In this document: piece after piece, positions 23,720-36,142 of the stretch
How positions within the stretch are numbered: the stretch's first letter is position 1
How the letters are laid out: each line of letters begins with the position of its first letter
NCBI RefSeq assembly: GCF_006345805.1
Contig: NC_043012.1
Coordinates: forward strand, 54,560,001 to 54,624,000
DNA from: Octopus sinensis
Taxonomy: Eukaryota
Direction: 5' to 3'
Length of the DNA stretch: 64,000 nucleotides
Program-made: the position numbers and the translations under genes
Notes under the pieces: model-generated
What the model was told of the DNA's origin: nothing
The model's input: only the letters and a program-made list of their open reading frames with translations
The model's database searches: none

Positions 23720-23947
23720 GAGGGTGGCCAGCTGGCAGAATTGTTAGCATGCTGGGTGAAATGCTTAGTATTTCATCTGCCATCGCGTTCTGAGTTCAAA
23801 TTTTGCCGCGGTCAACTTTGCCTTTCATCCTTTCGGGGTCAATTAAATAAGTACCAGTTACACACTGGGGTCAATGTAATCGACTTAATCCCTTTGTCCT
23901 TGTTTGTCCCCGCTGTGTTTAGCCCCCTGTGGGCAATAAAGAAATAT
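23720..23947 (+). mobile_element. SINE S2
   Basis: Same core. Confidence 0.85.
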
Positions 23948-24364
23948 ATATAGTGTGTGTGTGTATACATGTGTTTGTGTCTCCCTCCATCGCTTGACTA
24001 TAGGTGTTGGTTTGTTTATGTCCATGTAAAAAGAGACTGATAGAATAAATACCAGGTTTAATAAGTTCTAGAATCGATTCATTAAAATAAAACTTTCATG
24101 GCAATCCTCCAGCATGACCGTAGTCTAACATCTGAACAAGCAAAAGATAAAATATAGTATTTCAGGTGTCTTTATGCAAGGTGTTGAGAAAACTAAATTA
24201 TGATGGAGGGACAGGAACAGGTGTCTTGCTGTGAAAGAGATATGTGACTAACCCACATTACATAAGGGTGGGTGGGATTATCTAGAAAGCGAGATAAACC
24301 TAATAAACAAAAATTCCAGTAAACATTTTCTTTTTGTGTTTATTAGTTCAAAGTATCTCATTTC

Positions 24365-24560
24365 TTTACTGCCCACAAGGGGCTACACACAGAGGGGACA
24401 AACAAGGACAGACAAATGGATTAAGTCGGTTATATCGACCCCGGAAGGACGAAAGGCAAAGTCGACCTCCGCGGAATTTGAACTCAGAATGTAGCGGCAG
24501 ACAAAATACCACTAAGCATTTCGCCCGGTGTGCTAACGTTTCTGCCAGCTCACCACCTTA
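24365..24560 (-). mobile_element. SINE S2
   Basis: Reverse complement of the core. Confidence 0.8.
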
Positions 24561-24588
24561 GTTCAAAGTATCTTATCATCATCATTAA

Positions 24589-24802
24589 CCCTTTCGTTAC
24601 TGTATTTATTTTGAGATGCTCTGTGCTTCTTTCAATTACTTTAAATATAACTAAGAATTTAGTAAAATAACTTAGTTATCATTCAGCTAGTTTTAGGAAC
24701 ATAAATTGTGACTAAGGTTTGGTGGAAGTTTTTAATTCAAAACTTATGAAAACAAGACATTTGTACTCAGAGCCAGATTCAGCCAGGTTGGTAACGAAAG
24801 GC
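24589..24802. mobile_element. piggyBac-type MITE (type B)
   Basis: TTAA-CCCTTTCGTTAC ... GTAACGAAAGGC-TTAA. Confidence 0.8.
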
Positions 24803-25662
24803 TTAAATGTCCGTTTTCCATGCTGACAAGGCAGAAAACTGTACCAGGTTTCATTGTTTGTTTTGGCATAGTTTTTACAGCTGGATGCCCTTCCTAATGC
24901 CAACCACCCTACAGAGTGGACTGAGTGTTCTTTACATGGCACCAGCACATCTCACCCTTTACAAGTTGTGATTTTATCTCAAACTATCACAGTATTTCTA
25001 ATTAGCAAGGTTAACAATCAAAGCCATTGCACCCATTATAAGTTGCTAGTATTCACAATCTTAACCATAACTTACCCATATAATTGCTGGTATTAGCAAA
25101 TTTAACCGCAGCCATACTTATAATTGTTGTTAACAGTTAACCATATCTTACAATTGGTAATGTTAATAATCTTGGGACATGATGTGCAGTGGCACATTCT
25201 CTGGCTCCAGTCTTGCAGCATCAGCTCCAAACCTGAGTGTTGCCACCCATTATGCTGAGGAAAGAAAAATCAATAAACACGGGTGTCTGGCCAGTTGCTG
25301 TCAAGATGTCAGCTGTTCTAGGACCCTGTACTACCGATTTCTTCTGCAAAATCGGGTGGAATGGCTGCTGCAGTGAGTGTCACTTGCCATTCTCTGAAGC
25401 AAAACCATCACAATTATTACCACAGAGAATGGATGAGTACCTCTCTTGTTTTGGGAGGTATGGGCCATCACTCCTCTATTATCCGCTGCTTCGTCCCACC
25501 ACCAATTTTTTTCTTTCTTATCTCTCTTCTTTCCTGCTTCTTTAAAACCTTCACAATTGTTCTTCAAGATTTTAACCGTAATGTAGAAGCCCAGCCGGAG
25601 CATGAGCATCTGAATCTCAGGATCATGGGCTCAAGCTCCACATCAGTCACATTACGCTTTTT

Positions 25663-26005
25663 TAGACAGGCATGGCTGTGTGGTTCAGAACCTTGCTTTG
25701 CAACTACATGGGTTTCAGGTTCAGTTCCATTACACATCACCTTGGGCAAACATCTTCTATTATAACCCCAAGATGATCAATGCCTTGTGAGTGAATTTGT
25801 TACATGGAAACTGTGTGGAAGCCTGTTGTGTGTGCATGTATGTCTTTGCATTTGTGTTTGTTATCCCCACCACTTGACAACTGGTGTTGGTTTGTTTATG
25901 TCCCCATAACTTAGTGGTTTGGCAAAAGAGACTGATAGAATAAGTACCAGACTTTAAAATAAGTACTGGGGTTGATTTGCTCAACTAAAACCCTTCAGGG
26001 TGTGC
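25663..26005 (+). mobile_element. SINE S1
   Basis: Homology to 5010-5421. Confidence 0.8.
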
Positions 26006-26127
26006 TAAGTAAAAGATAATTATCCTTACAATGGCTGGTGTTAGTAATCTTAACCATAAATATCTTTACAATTGCTGGCCTTAATCTTTTTCTCTTGAAA
26101 TGTGTTTACTCATTGATATATTTTCAG

Positions 26128-26817
26128 ATGAGCGAAAATGAAGCCACAACTTTGACTACCTCAGACCACCCAACTTCAGACAATGCAGATTCAGATTACA
26201 CAGCTTCAAGCCAAGCAACTTCAGGCCAGGCAACTTCGAGCCATCCTGCTTCAGGCCAGGCAACTTCAAATCATCCTGCTTCAGGCCAGGCAACTTCAAA
26301 TCATCCTGCTTCAGGCCAGGCAACTTTGAGCCATCCTGCTTCAGGCCAGGCAACTTTAAACCATCCTGCTTCAGGCCAGGCAACTTCAAATCATCCTGCT
26401 TCAGGCCAGGCAACTTCAAGCCATCCTGCTTTAGGCCAGGCAACTTTAAACCATCCTGCTTCAGGCCAGGCAACTTCGAATCATCCTGCTTCAGGCCAGG
26501 CAACTTCAAGCCATCCTGCTTCAGGCCAGGCAACTTCAAGCCATCCTGCTTCAGGCCAGGCAAATTCAAGCAATCCTACTTCAGGCCAGGCAACTTTAAA
26601 CCATCCTGCTTCAGGCCAGGTAACTTCAAACCACCCAACTTCAGGCAACATAACTTCAAACCCCTCAGTTTTAAACAACCCAGCTTCAGACCACTCAGAT
26701 ATTGATAATTATCTTACCGGTGATAATGATGACGACGAAGATTATGTTCCTGGTAACGAGAATGATTATGATGATGGACCAAATACACCAGAGTTATATG
26801 TTGAAACGGCTGAATCT
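26128..26817 (+). CDS. RFWD3: RFWD3 coding exon 1 (MSENEATT...ETAES), includes 10-aa tandem repeat
   Basis: ttttcag|ATG, donor |GTATGT, 230 codons, phase 0. Assigned by splicing continuity to the RING/WD40 exons. Confidence 0.85.
26221..26664 (+). repeat. Coding minisatellite, 30-bp unit TCAGGCCAGGCAACTTCAAA(T/C)CATCCTGCT x14 plus a degenerate unit
   Basis: Two units per 60-nt line, visible directly. Encodes (S)GQATSNHPA. Confidence 0.98.
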
Positions 26818-27384
26818 GTATGTTAATTCAAACCTCATTTTTTTTTCTCTTTAATTAAATTAATTAAAAATAGCTGTGTAAAATGCTAAATTACATGATC
26901 TAACATGTCTTCTTAACATCCATCATGTTAAGTTTTGCTCCCGGGCAAGACACATAGCTTAGCTTACTTTAGTATACATGGTTGACAGTCAAGTGGTTAG
27001 CAACTGAAAGAATCTTAACCATTTTGATACCAAACTGCCCAAGACCACCTGTGGATCTATGATACAATCTTCCTATTTTCAAGAGAACTAAATTAAAACC
27101 TTCCATAAAAATTTCGTACTCATTTATGTTCTAAACTCCAGCTTAATTATAATAAAGTTATTTTACTAAATTCTTCATTATTACAAAATTAGTTAAAACA
27201 AAGGCAGTGTATTTTAACAGGAATTCGGTCATGAAATGGTTAAAGCAGTAAGAACAAACCAAACAAAAAAGCATGCCAAAATAGATACAGAATTCTGGTG
27301 CAGTCTTCTACCTGGCTAGCTCCTGTCAAACTGTCCAACCCATGCCATCATGGAAGGTGGACGTTAAACAATGATGATGATTAT

Positions 27385-27660
27385 GGGCAACCTGCTGTGC
27401 TTGAGGAGACCTATTGAGTCAAGTACATCAACATCAAAAAATCAAATGGAAATTGTAGTTGTGATACCTGTGTTGGTGGCACGTAAAAAGCACCCACTAC
27501 ACTCACAGAGTGGTTGGTGTTAGGAAGGGCATCCAGCTGTAGAAACACTGCCAGATCAGACTGGAGCCTGGTACAGCCTCCTGGCTTCCCAGAACCTGGT
27601 CGAACCGTCCAACCCTTGCTAGCATGGAAAACGGACGTTAAACGAGGATGATGATGATAT
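27385..27660 (+). mobile_element. RTE 3'UTR fragment
   Basis: TTAGGAAGGGCATCCAGC ... GCTAGCATGG ... (GAT)n. Confidence 0.85.
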
Positions 27661-27957
27661 ATATATGTATATAGATAGACAGACAGACAAGTGTCTTTCA
27701 GTTTTCATCCAGGAAATCCACTCGCAAGGCTTTGGTTGACCTGGGCCTATTGTTGAAGAAACTTGTTCAAGGTGCTGTGCAGTGGAACTGAACCCCAAAC
27801 CACAGGCTTGGAAGCAAACTTCTGAACCTATCTGAAAAAAAAAAGATTATCATTTTCTTAACAACAATTCACGTTGAATATTCAGACTTTTAAATATTTG
27901 GATGATTTATTAATTTGACTGTGTCAATCACTTGTATTTTATTGTTTTTCCTTTTAG

Positions 27958-28029
27958 TCAGATTCAAATGCTGAACAGGAGTTACCTGTGGCTTCCGGGA
28001 CATCAGTTGTACATATAGATCTTGATTCT
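27958..28029 (+). CDS. RFWD3: RFWD3 coding exon 2 (SDSNAEQELPVASGTSVVHIDLDS)
   Basis: tttttccttttag| ... |GTAAGT, 72 nt, phase 0/0. Confidence 0.8.
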
Positions 28030-28045
28030 GTAAGTTAACATATCT

Positions 28046-28390
28046 ATCATCATTGTCATCATCTTCATCATCATTATCATCATCATCGTCGTTTAACGTC
28101 CGTTTTCCGTGCTAGCACGGGTTGGACGGTTCGACCGGGGTCTGGGGAGCCAGGGGCTGCTCCAGGCTCCAGTCTGATCTGGCAGTGTTTCTACAGCTGG
28201 ATGCCCTTCCTAACGCCAACCACTCCGCGAGTGTAGTGGGTGCTTTTTACGTGCCACCTGCACAGGTGCCAGAGGGGTCTGGCATCGGCCATGATCGGTT
28301 GGTGCTTTTTTATGTGCCACCGGCACAGAAGCCAGTCGAGGCGGTGCTGGCATCGGCCACGTTCAGATGGTGCTTTTTATGTGCCACAGA
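28046..28390 (-). mobile_element. RTE 3'UTR fragment
   Basis: (CAT)n starts 17 nt after the donor of coding exon 2. Confidence 0.88.
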
Positions 28391-29401
28391 ATTTCTGAGG
28401 CAGTATTTTAGGACCCCAAATGCCCATCACCAACCTTTTAAAAGATGCACGGGCATATTAGGTGCACTCCGATTTTAGTGGTACATATTTAGGATAAAAA
28501 TGGTTTTCATTGTATAAAAGCATGTAACGTTAAATTTATAGGATGGCAATGAACTGGCAGAATTGTTGACACACCAGGCAAAATGCTTACCGAAATTTCA
28601 TCCATCTTCGTGTTCTGAGTTCAAACGTTGCTGTGGTCAACTTTGCTTTTAATCCTTTCAGGGTTGGTAAAATAAGTACCAGTTGAGTACTAGGGTCAAT
28701 GTAATTGACTTAACCCCTCCCCTGAAAGTGCTGGCCTTGTGCCAAAATTTGAAATCACTATTGACTTATGGAAGCCTAACTTCATGTATAGGACCCATAG
28801 AAGAATTTCTGAGACTTTTTCACTAAAATAATGAAATTGGTCTTGTATTTGCCATTCACCAAGATGTTACATGCCAAAGATGGAGCTTCCTTGTGACTAC
28901 TCAACCTGCCAGAAATAGTAGCAGAATCTCTCACATCCTACTTTTAAGACAAGGAAGGATACCTTGCTTGATTTGGTCTGGAAAAACGGGAAGAATATTG
29001 TTGGAATAGGTTGATTTTTCAAATTTTGGTACAAGGCGATCAGTTTTGGGAAGGAGAATAGTTGACTACATCAATCCCAGTGTTCAACTGGTACTTATTT
29101 TGTCGACCCCCAAAAGTATAAAAGGCAAAGTCAGCCCTGGTGACATTTGAACTCAGAAAGTAAAGTTGGATGAAATGCCACTAAGCATTTTGCCTGTCAT
29201 GCTAATGATTCACACCTTCATTTGGTACAAGGCTGTCAATTTTGGGGAGGCGAATAGTTGATTACATCGACCCCAGTGTTTAACTGGTACTTATTTCATC
29301 GACCCCAAAAGGATGAAAGTCAAAGTTGAATCTGGCAATATTTGAACTCAGATTCTGTTAGTTCGAACTTTCATTTGATATATATTGATACTCATACACA
29401 A

Positions 29402-29725
29402 GGCACATGGCTCAGTAGTTAGAGCGTCGAGGTTACAGTTATGAAGTTGTGAGTTCGAATCCCAGACCGAGCTGTGTCTTGTGTTCTTGAGCAAGACACT
29501 TTATTTCACGTTGCTCCAGTTCACTCAACTGTAGAAATGAGTTGCGACGTCACAGGTGCCAAGCTGTATCAGCCCCTTTGCCTTTCCCTTGGATAACACT
29601 GGGGGCGGGGCGGTGTGCATGGGTGACTGCTGGTCTTCTATAAACAACCTTGCCCAGACATGTGCCTCGGAGAGTAACTTTCTAGATGCAATCCCATTGT
29701 CAGTCAAGACCGAAGGGGGTCTCAG
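29402..29725 (+). mobile_element. tRNA-derived SINE family S4
   Basis: TGGCTCAGT..TTAG / GTTCGAATCC boxes, TTGAGCAAGACACT core. Homologous to 32195-32520. Confidence 0.85.
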
Positions 29726-30297
29726 CATACACAAGACACTATTCTGTTGTATGCTGTCAGTAAAAAGGCAAAAAAGTTGTAATAAGGATTTGGCCAAATT
29801 TGAACCTCTTTGCTCAGATTTCTTATTTAGAAGCACAACCTTGAAATAGCACCATAAAAGGCATGAACAGCCTTAAGAAAAAAGAATGTTCATGTAAATG
29901 TTTGCTGCTAGTGACTAATAGATGCCTGCTACTGCTGGCTGCCCAAGGTGCCACACAGTGGGACTGAACCCAGAACCATGTGGTTGGTAAGCAAGCTACT
30001 TACCACACAGCCACTCCTACGCCTATAAATATGTTAAGGATTTTTAAAGATTGAATGCTTATTAGGGTCCAGTAGAGTAAAATAGGAATCAGAGGAGTCC
30101 ATAGGTAAAAAATGGTTGACAACCACTAGGTTAAACACTTCCTTTGTCACTCTTGTCATCAAAAATTCAGTGAACTAGTAATTAGTCCATTGGGAACATA
30201 TTACTAATGACATAATTGCTCACAAATTACGATATAAAAAAAATAAACAAAACAAACTGATTGATTTTATTATTTTTCTTTAATTTCTATTTGTTAG

Positions 30298-30558
30298 TCT
30301 AGAGATGATTCTAACCAACCTGATAACGAGGTGACAGCTGGACCAGCCGATGTCATCATCATCGCAGAAGATGATGGGAATAATTCCAACAATAGCAACA
30401 ACCATGGTCCAACAGCAGAAAATGTACTGCCACAACAAAATAGTACACCACCACCATCTTCAGCTTCCGACACTGATTTTCGGTCACCTAAGCGGCGCCG
30501 AATTGAATCTCCAGCAAAACCAAATCATCTCAAAGAAGGTGATTCACAGGATGATGAA
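30298..30558 (+). CDS. RFWD3: RFWD3 coding exon 3 (SRDDSNQ...SPKRRRIESP...QDDE), NLS-like KRRR
   Basis: tttctatttgttag| ... |GTAAGC, 261 nt, phase 0/0, overlaps ORF 30331-30567. Confidence 0.85.
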
Positions 30559-30687
30559 GTAAGCTAAAGAACTATTCAGAAATTTCAATTTTTTAAAAAA
30601 TTCTATTTGTCTTATTTTATTTTCTACCCAATATTCTCAATTCTCTCATGGGGTATGCTAATAGCATTGGCTATATGATTTATAGTC

Positions 30688-31483
30688 GGATCTTTACCGT
30701 TTGACCTACAGATTTAAAAAATAATTTTTTGTAACTAAACACTTTCAAACTTCGTATAGTGGTAGAATGTGTCATATAAAACACCTTTTACTCTTAGCGT
30801 TTTTGAGAAAAGTTTATGTTTAAAAAGTTATTTCGTGTTGAAATTCTCATATTTTGGTAATTTCAGCCAATCAATGACTTTTTCCTTTAAGTCTAGTACT
30901 TATTCTATCAGTCTCTTTTGCCAAACTGCTGAGTTACAGGGACGTAAACACACCAACGCCAGTTGTCACGTGGTATGGGGGTAGGGGGCAAACACAGACA
31001 CAAAAACACACACACACACATGACGGGCTTCTTTCAGTTTCCTTCTACCAAATCCACTTACAAGGCACTGGTTATTCAACTGAATAAAATTACTGCTGTT
31101 GTTTGTCAGCAACAACTATCCGCGGTGTATTTTTCATTTGTCACTGTTATTTATGACATCGTTCGTGCATTTATACTGGTTTTAAGGTTTTAGGGTTCGG
31201 GTTGTAATAAATAACAGTGACAAACGAAATATACACCACCGGAAGTTCTTGTTGACAGACCACAACAGTTTTTTATTCAGTTGAATACACATCATTGATT
31301 GGTTGAAATTACCGAAATATGAGAACTTCAACACGAAATAACTTCCTAAATATAAGCTTTTCTTAAAAACGCTAAGAGTGGAAGATGTTTTATATGACAC
31401 ATTCTACCGGTATACGAAGTTTGAAAGTGTTTAGTTACAAAAAATTATTTTTTAAATCTGTAGGTCAAACAGTAAAAACCCTT
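30688..31483. mobile_element. Merlin-like element with long TIRs, interrupted by a SINE fragment (~30885-31075)
   Basis: GGATC start, long inverted ends, TTATAGTC at 30680-30687 and 31484-31491. Confidence 0.65.
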
Positions 31484-31491
31484 TTATAGTC

Positions 31492-31760
31492 AATTGCCTG
31501 TTATCCATCACAATGTGGTGTACATGATCATTATTTTCCATGGGGTGGCAGTTGCAGGACTTGGGTCGTCTTCAAAACTCTCCCTTCCCCTCCTAAATTC
31601 AGCTGCCCACTTTTGCACTGTTGATAATAATAGTTGGAGCATCGTCCCTTAATGTAGCAACCATGTCAGCATGAATGTCCTTGGGGGCTAAACCGTTTTT
31701 CTGCAGGTACTTGATAACAGTACAATGCCAAATTCTATTTACCTTCAAGAGAAGCCGGTA
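31492..31760 (-). mobile_element. Mariner transposase N-terminal HTH fragment (second family)
   Basis: Minus strand reads VIKYLQKNGLAPKDIHADMVATLRDDAP...FEDDP with frameshifts. Confidence 0.7.
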
Positions 31761-32194
31761 CTAGTTACTTTGGAAGTCTTCTCTGAGCAGTTAGATGTCA
31801 GCTTACCTGGAAAGAAACAATGCGCTTATTAAAAAGAAGAGTTGAATTTAGTGCTTGCAAGGTTTCGCAGCTCTAGCGTCACTCCTTCATAGGAAGAGTA
31901 TGAACTTTTCAGCCCCACCATTATAAATATAATTACCCCTTTAGCATTCAAACCCCCCCAAATGCTCTACCTGTTCTATGTTCAAACTGACTGGATCTGA
32001 CCTCTCACACCTACCCTACAATGTCATCCTAAAAACATACAATCACATAATCAAAATCTGAAGGCTAAGAGCTAAGGCTTGATTAGGTTAAGCAATATTG
32101 AAGCTTTGAGCTAATGCTGTAATCACTATTTCAGAGTCACATAGTTTTCTCCCTTTATCTTTTTTATCATTATTACTATTGGCAGCTAGTGAAG

Positions 32195-32520
32195 GTGCAT
32201 GGCTCAGTGGTTAGAGCATCGAGCTTACGATCATGAGGTTGTGAGCTCGTATCCCGGTCTGGGCTGCATGCTGTGTTCTTGAGCAAGACACTTTATTTCA
32301 CTCAGTTCACTCAGCTGTAGAAATGAGTTGCGACGTCACTGGAGCCAAGCTGTATCTGCCTTGGCCTTTCCCTTGGATAACACTGGTAGCGTGGGGAGGG
32401 GAAGCCGGTATGCATGGGCGACTGCTGGTCTTCCATAAACAACCTTGCCCAGACTTGTGCCTGGGAGGGTAACTTTCTAGGTGCAATCCCATGGTCAGTG
32501 TTGTGACCGAAGGGGGTCTC
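32195..32520 (+). mobile_element. SINE S4
   Basis: Homologous to 29402-29725. Confidence 0.85.
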
Positions 32521-32875
32521 AGACGATTGGCGCCTAATCTTTTGAATTATCCAGCTACAGTCCTTCTCCATCTCTCTCATCCTCTCATACTTATATCTTA
32601 CATCCCAGACATGGCATTAAGCACTTCACTCAGTCTTTCCTCCTTATAACTACAACCTCTTGGAATTCCCTTCTTGCTCACTCTTTTCCTGCAAGCTTTT
32701 TAACCACACATGGCTGTCATCATAATCATCGCCATATTAATGTCCACTTTTTTCTGCCTGGTGAGTCAGGCAGATTTTCTACAACCATGTACCCTTCCTG
32801 TTGCAAACCCTCACTTCTTTGATTCTTGAACATTCAGATTATTCTGTCAAATGTAATGCTTATTTATTCACATTT

Positions 32876-33200
32876 ATCATCATCATCGTTTAACGTCCGC
32901 TTTCCATGCTAGCATGGGTTGGACAATTTGACTGAGGTCTGGCGAACCAGATGGCTGCACCAGGCTCCAATCTGATCTGGCAGAGTAGTGAGTGCTTTTA
33001 CGTGCCACTGGCATGAGAGCCAGTCAGGCAGTACTGGTAATGGCCATGCTCAAATGGTGCTTTTTATGTGTCACCTGCACAGGAGCCAGTCTAGTGGCAC
33101 TGGCAACGACTTCGCTTGAATATTTTTTTATGTGCCACCAGCACAAGTGCCAGTAAGGCGATGCAGGTAACGATCACGCTCAAATGGTGCTCATTACGTG
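32876..33200 (-). mobile_element. RTE 3'UTR fragment
   Basis: Same diagnostic motifs. Confidence 0.85.
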
Positions 33201-33281
33201 CCGATATACAGGGTTATTGAAAATGAATGAACCAATTTCATTATGCAATATTTTAATTGGTTCATTCTTTTTGAATAACCT

Positions 33282-33318
<37 letters not shown>

Positions 33319-33423
33319 ACACACACACATATGTATATCTGTATGTCTATTTGCATGCATGTTTCTTTCCATGTGTATTTCCATTGGTGCCAACAGTGAC
33401 ATTTTTTTTTTTTAATTTTGTTT

Positions 33424-33712
33424 GTTCCTTCTCGAGCCATACCTGGCTCATAAGGGCCGGTTTCCATGGCGTATAGGTTCCCCACCTGGATGGGATGCCG
33501 GTCCATCACAGGTGAGCTGCAAGATGCAGGAGGAAAGAGTGAGAGAGAGTTGTGGCGAAAGAGTCAGCAGAAGTTCGCCATTACCTTCTGCCGGAGCCGC
33601 GTGGAGCTTAGGTGCTTCGCTCATAAACACACACATCACCCGGTCTGAGATTTGAACCCGCGATCCCTCGACTGCGAGTCTGCTGCTCTAATCACTAAGC
33701 CACGTGCCTCTA
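33424..33712 (-). mobile_element. SINE S3-related
   Basis: Reverse complement with a tRNA-like head at ~33650-33712. Confidence 0.75.
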
Positions 33713-34176
33713 CTAACATTTGTTTTATGTCCCACTGATTACTTTTGCAGTTCATCATGCTTGATGTCTGTAGACTGAAGTGCTTTGCTCGAATAACACA
33801 TATGACATCAGGAAGGGCATCCAGCTGTAAAAAAAACCCCATGCTAAAACTGACCTCGTGCCCCATAAAAAGCACTCAGTCTACTCTGCTGGGTGGTTGG
33901 TGTTAGGAACTGCATCCAGTCATAAAAACTGTACTAAAACAGACACAGAAGTCTGGTGCAATCTTCTGCCTGGCCAGCTCCTGTCAAACCCTCCGACCCA
34001 TGACAGCATGGAAGGCAGACGTTAAACGACGACGATGATGATGATTTCATAAGCCTCATTACATTACAAGGAATTTATGCTCTCACCTATATTCTTGGTA
34101 CATGTTTTTTTTTCTTTTGTTTGTTTTAAATATTCATTCTTGTGTAATGATATTGTGCTGATCCTATTTCTTATAG

Positions 34177-34262
34177 ACCTGCTCCATTTGTTTCGAACCT
34201 TGGACAACCTCTGGTAATCATAGGCCAGCTTCCCTTAAATGTGGTCATCTGTTTGGTGAAAG
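34177..34262 (+). CDS. RFWD3: RFWD3 coding exon 4, RING N-half (TCSICFEPWTTSGNHRPASLKCGHLFGE)
   Basis: ttatag| ... AG|GTAATT. Closely resembles the human RFWD3 RING as I recall it ([26 protein letters not shown]). Confidence 0.95.
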
Positions 34263-35560
34263 GTAATTGACTTTCATGCAATTAATAGTTTAAAGATTGT
34301 GTCTTTTGTTTTTATTTTGATTTTTAATCCAGATTGAGTAGTTATGACCTTAACAATCAAAAAGAATAACAGTCCCCTACTACAAAATAACTGAATCTAT
34401 CTAAAAGCATACCTTACTGTTTTAAGTATGATAAAGAAGCATTTGATGGGGTGGTCCCAGATAACATTTTAAAAACAAAGGGTGGTCACAGCTGGAATGC
34501 TTGATCAGAACTCCACTTGATAGTGGTTGAGCTGGAACCAAATGTCAGCAACTATAAGGCAAACAAAATATATAAATAAATAATAGTAAATAAATTTTAT
34601 TGAATCTTGGGAGGGGCATTATGCCAGTAATAATAAACACACACACTGGTTTGGTCCTTTATTGTTATTGTTCACAGTATTGTTTGTGTTGTTATTTCTT
34701 GTTTTTTGTCAATTATTCCATTGCATTGTTGCAACCTCTTCAGTGACACGTCTTTCTTCTTCCATTTCTTTTGAATTTATGTTCCAGTGTTGGGATTTGT
34801 CCACAATCTGTCCAATATGAGTATAAAAAAAAAAATAATAATAATAATGAAATTATTGTGTAAAATGCTCAGGTGCACCACAACTCGTCAAAAGTGCATA
34901 TAAAGCATATGCAGTAATGTACAAATGTCTGGGAAGTGAACAGTGTATGAGTCAGATACATGCTTGGGTGTGTATGGAAGGGAAAACATCAGGTGTAGTG
35001 TTGGCGAATCTCAGGAACCATGGAAGTTTTGAAGGATGCAGTGCTCCGGCAACTAACAACTGATGCCGGCAGGTTGTTCCATGCTTCAGCAACTCTTAGC
35101 GTGTGTGTATATGTCTGTATGTTTATACCTAAGTGTGTATGTATGTTTTCTAAATACTGACTTATGTTATTTTTATATACATAAGATAGCAGTTTTGGTT
35201 TTCTCTTTGTTTTCTTCACAAATGCACACCATGTTTCTCTCAAAGACAGTTCCACTGTCTTCTTTGTTTGATAAATGCTGAATAAATAGATGTATATCTG
35301 TGCAAGAGTATGAGCATGTGTCCATGAGTTCCTGTGTGCTTGATTTCTACAGCTAGATAATGCCAACCACTTTACAAAGTGTACCTGGATGTTTTTTCCA
35401 TGGCATCAGCATCAATGAGGCCCCCCAAGTAACTTGTATGACAAGACCCCTCAACTAAGGAGTGATGTAGTATGAAGCAAGGTGTATATTTATTTTGTAA
35501 GCTATGTTGTATTGGTACTGTATTTCGTTTAGCATATTTTATTTCTTTATATTGTCTCAG

Positions 35561-35663
35561 CTGCATCGATAAATGGTTAAGAGGTCAAGGAGATAAATGT
35601 CCCCATTGTAACTGTAAAGCCAAAAGAAGTGACATACGGGTCGTGTTTTCCAGAAACATCCGG
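35561..35663 (+). CDS. RFWD3: RFWD3 coding exon 5, RING C-half (CIDKWLRGQGDKCPHCNCKAKRSDIRVVFSRNIR)
   Basis: tctcag| ... |GTGGGT. Completes the C3HGC3-type RING. Confidence 0.95.
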
Positions 35664-35757
35664 GTGGGTATTGGCTAAATTCTTTTCAAGTATCTCTCTC
35701 TCTTTCTCTCTCTTTGATATATATATATATGTGTGTGTGTGTGTGTACGTATATATA

Positions 35758-36135
35758 CACTTGCGTCAGAAATTAATTAGCACTTCTCAAATTTCTACAT
35801 TAAATAGGTTAAATCAATTAACCTTATGAGTTGTTCAAAACGTCTTACGCGATGAGAAAACTTAGTATGGTGTGATTTCGGTCCTTGCGAGGCGCTACCT
35901 ATATCTATTAAACAAAGGAAGATTTGTCTGCATCCGCACTCCAAGTTGTTGCACTGCTATGTCAACATCATAAGGCTGTAGACTCTCAAACTGCTCTGCA
36001 AACAAAGTTACGTCATCGTTCTGCGCAACTGTGAACTCGAAACAAAGCAATAGTTCGAGATATGGCCACTAGGTGACAGCGCATACCTTGAGTGAAGAGC
36101 AAATCAAGGGTGCTAATTAATTTCTGACGGTAGTG
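35758..36135. mobile_element. Tc1/mariner-type MITE
   Basis: 26-bp TIRs CACT(TG/AC)CGTCAGAAATTAATTAGCAC (24/26), TA on both sides. Confidence 0.85.
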
Positions 36136-36142
36136 TATATAC

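Noticed and set aside
26156-26678. Antisense ORFs (LKQDGLKLPG)n and (WPEAGWLEVA)n
   Set aside because: By-products of the stop-free 30-bp repeat. The plus frame has splice sites and joins RFWD3.
28122-28478. Recurring MDGSTGV.../LDALPNANHS... ORFs (also 1393, 37513, 42151, 61968)
   Set aside because: Translations of the non-coding RTE 3'UTR repeat, with inconsistent frames among copies.
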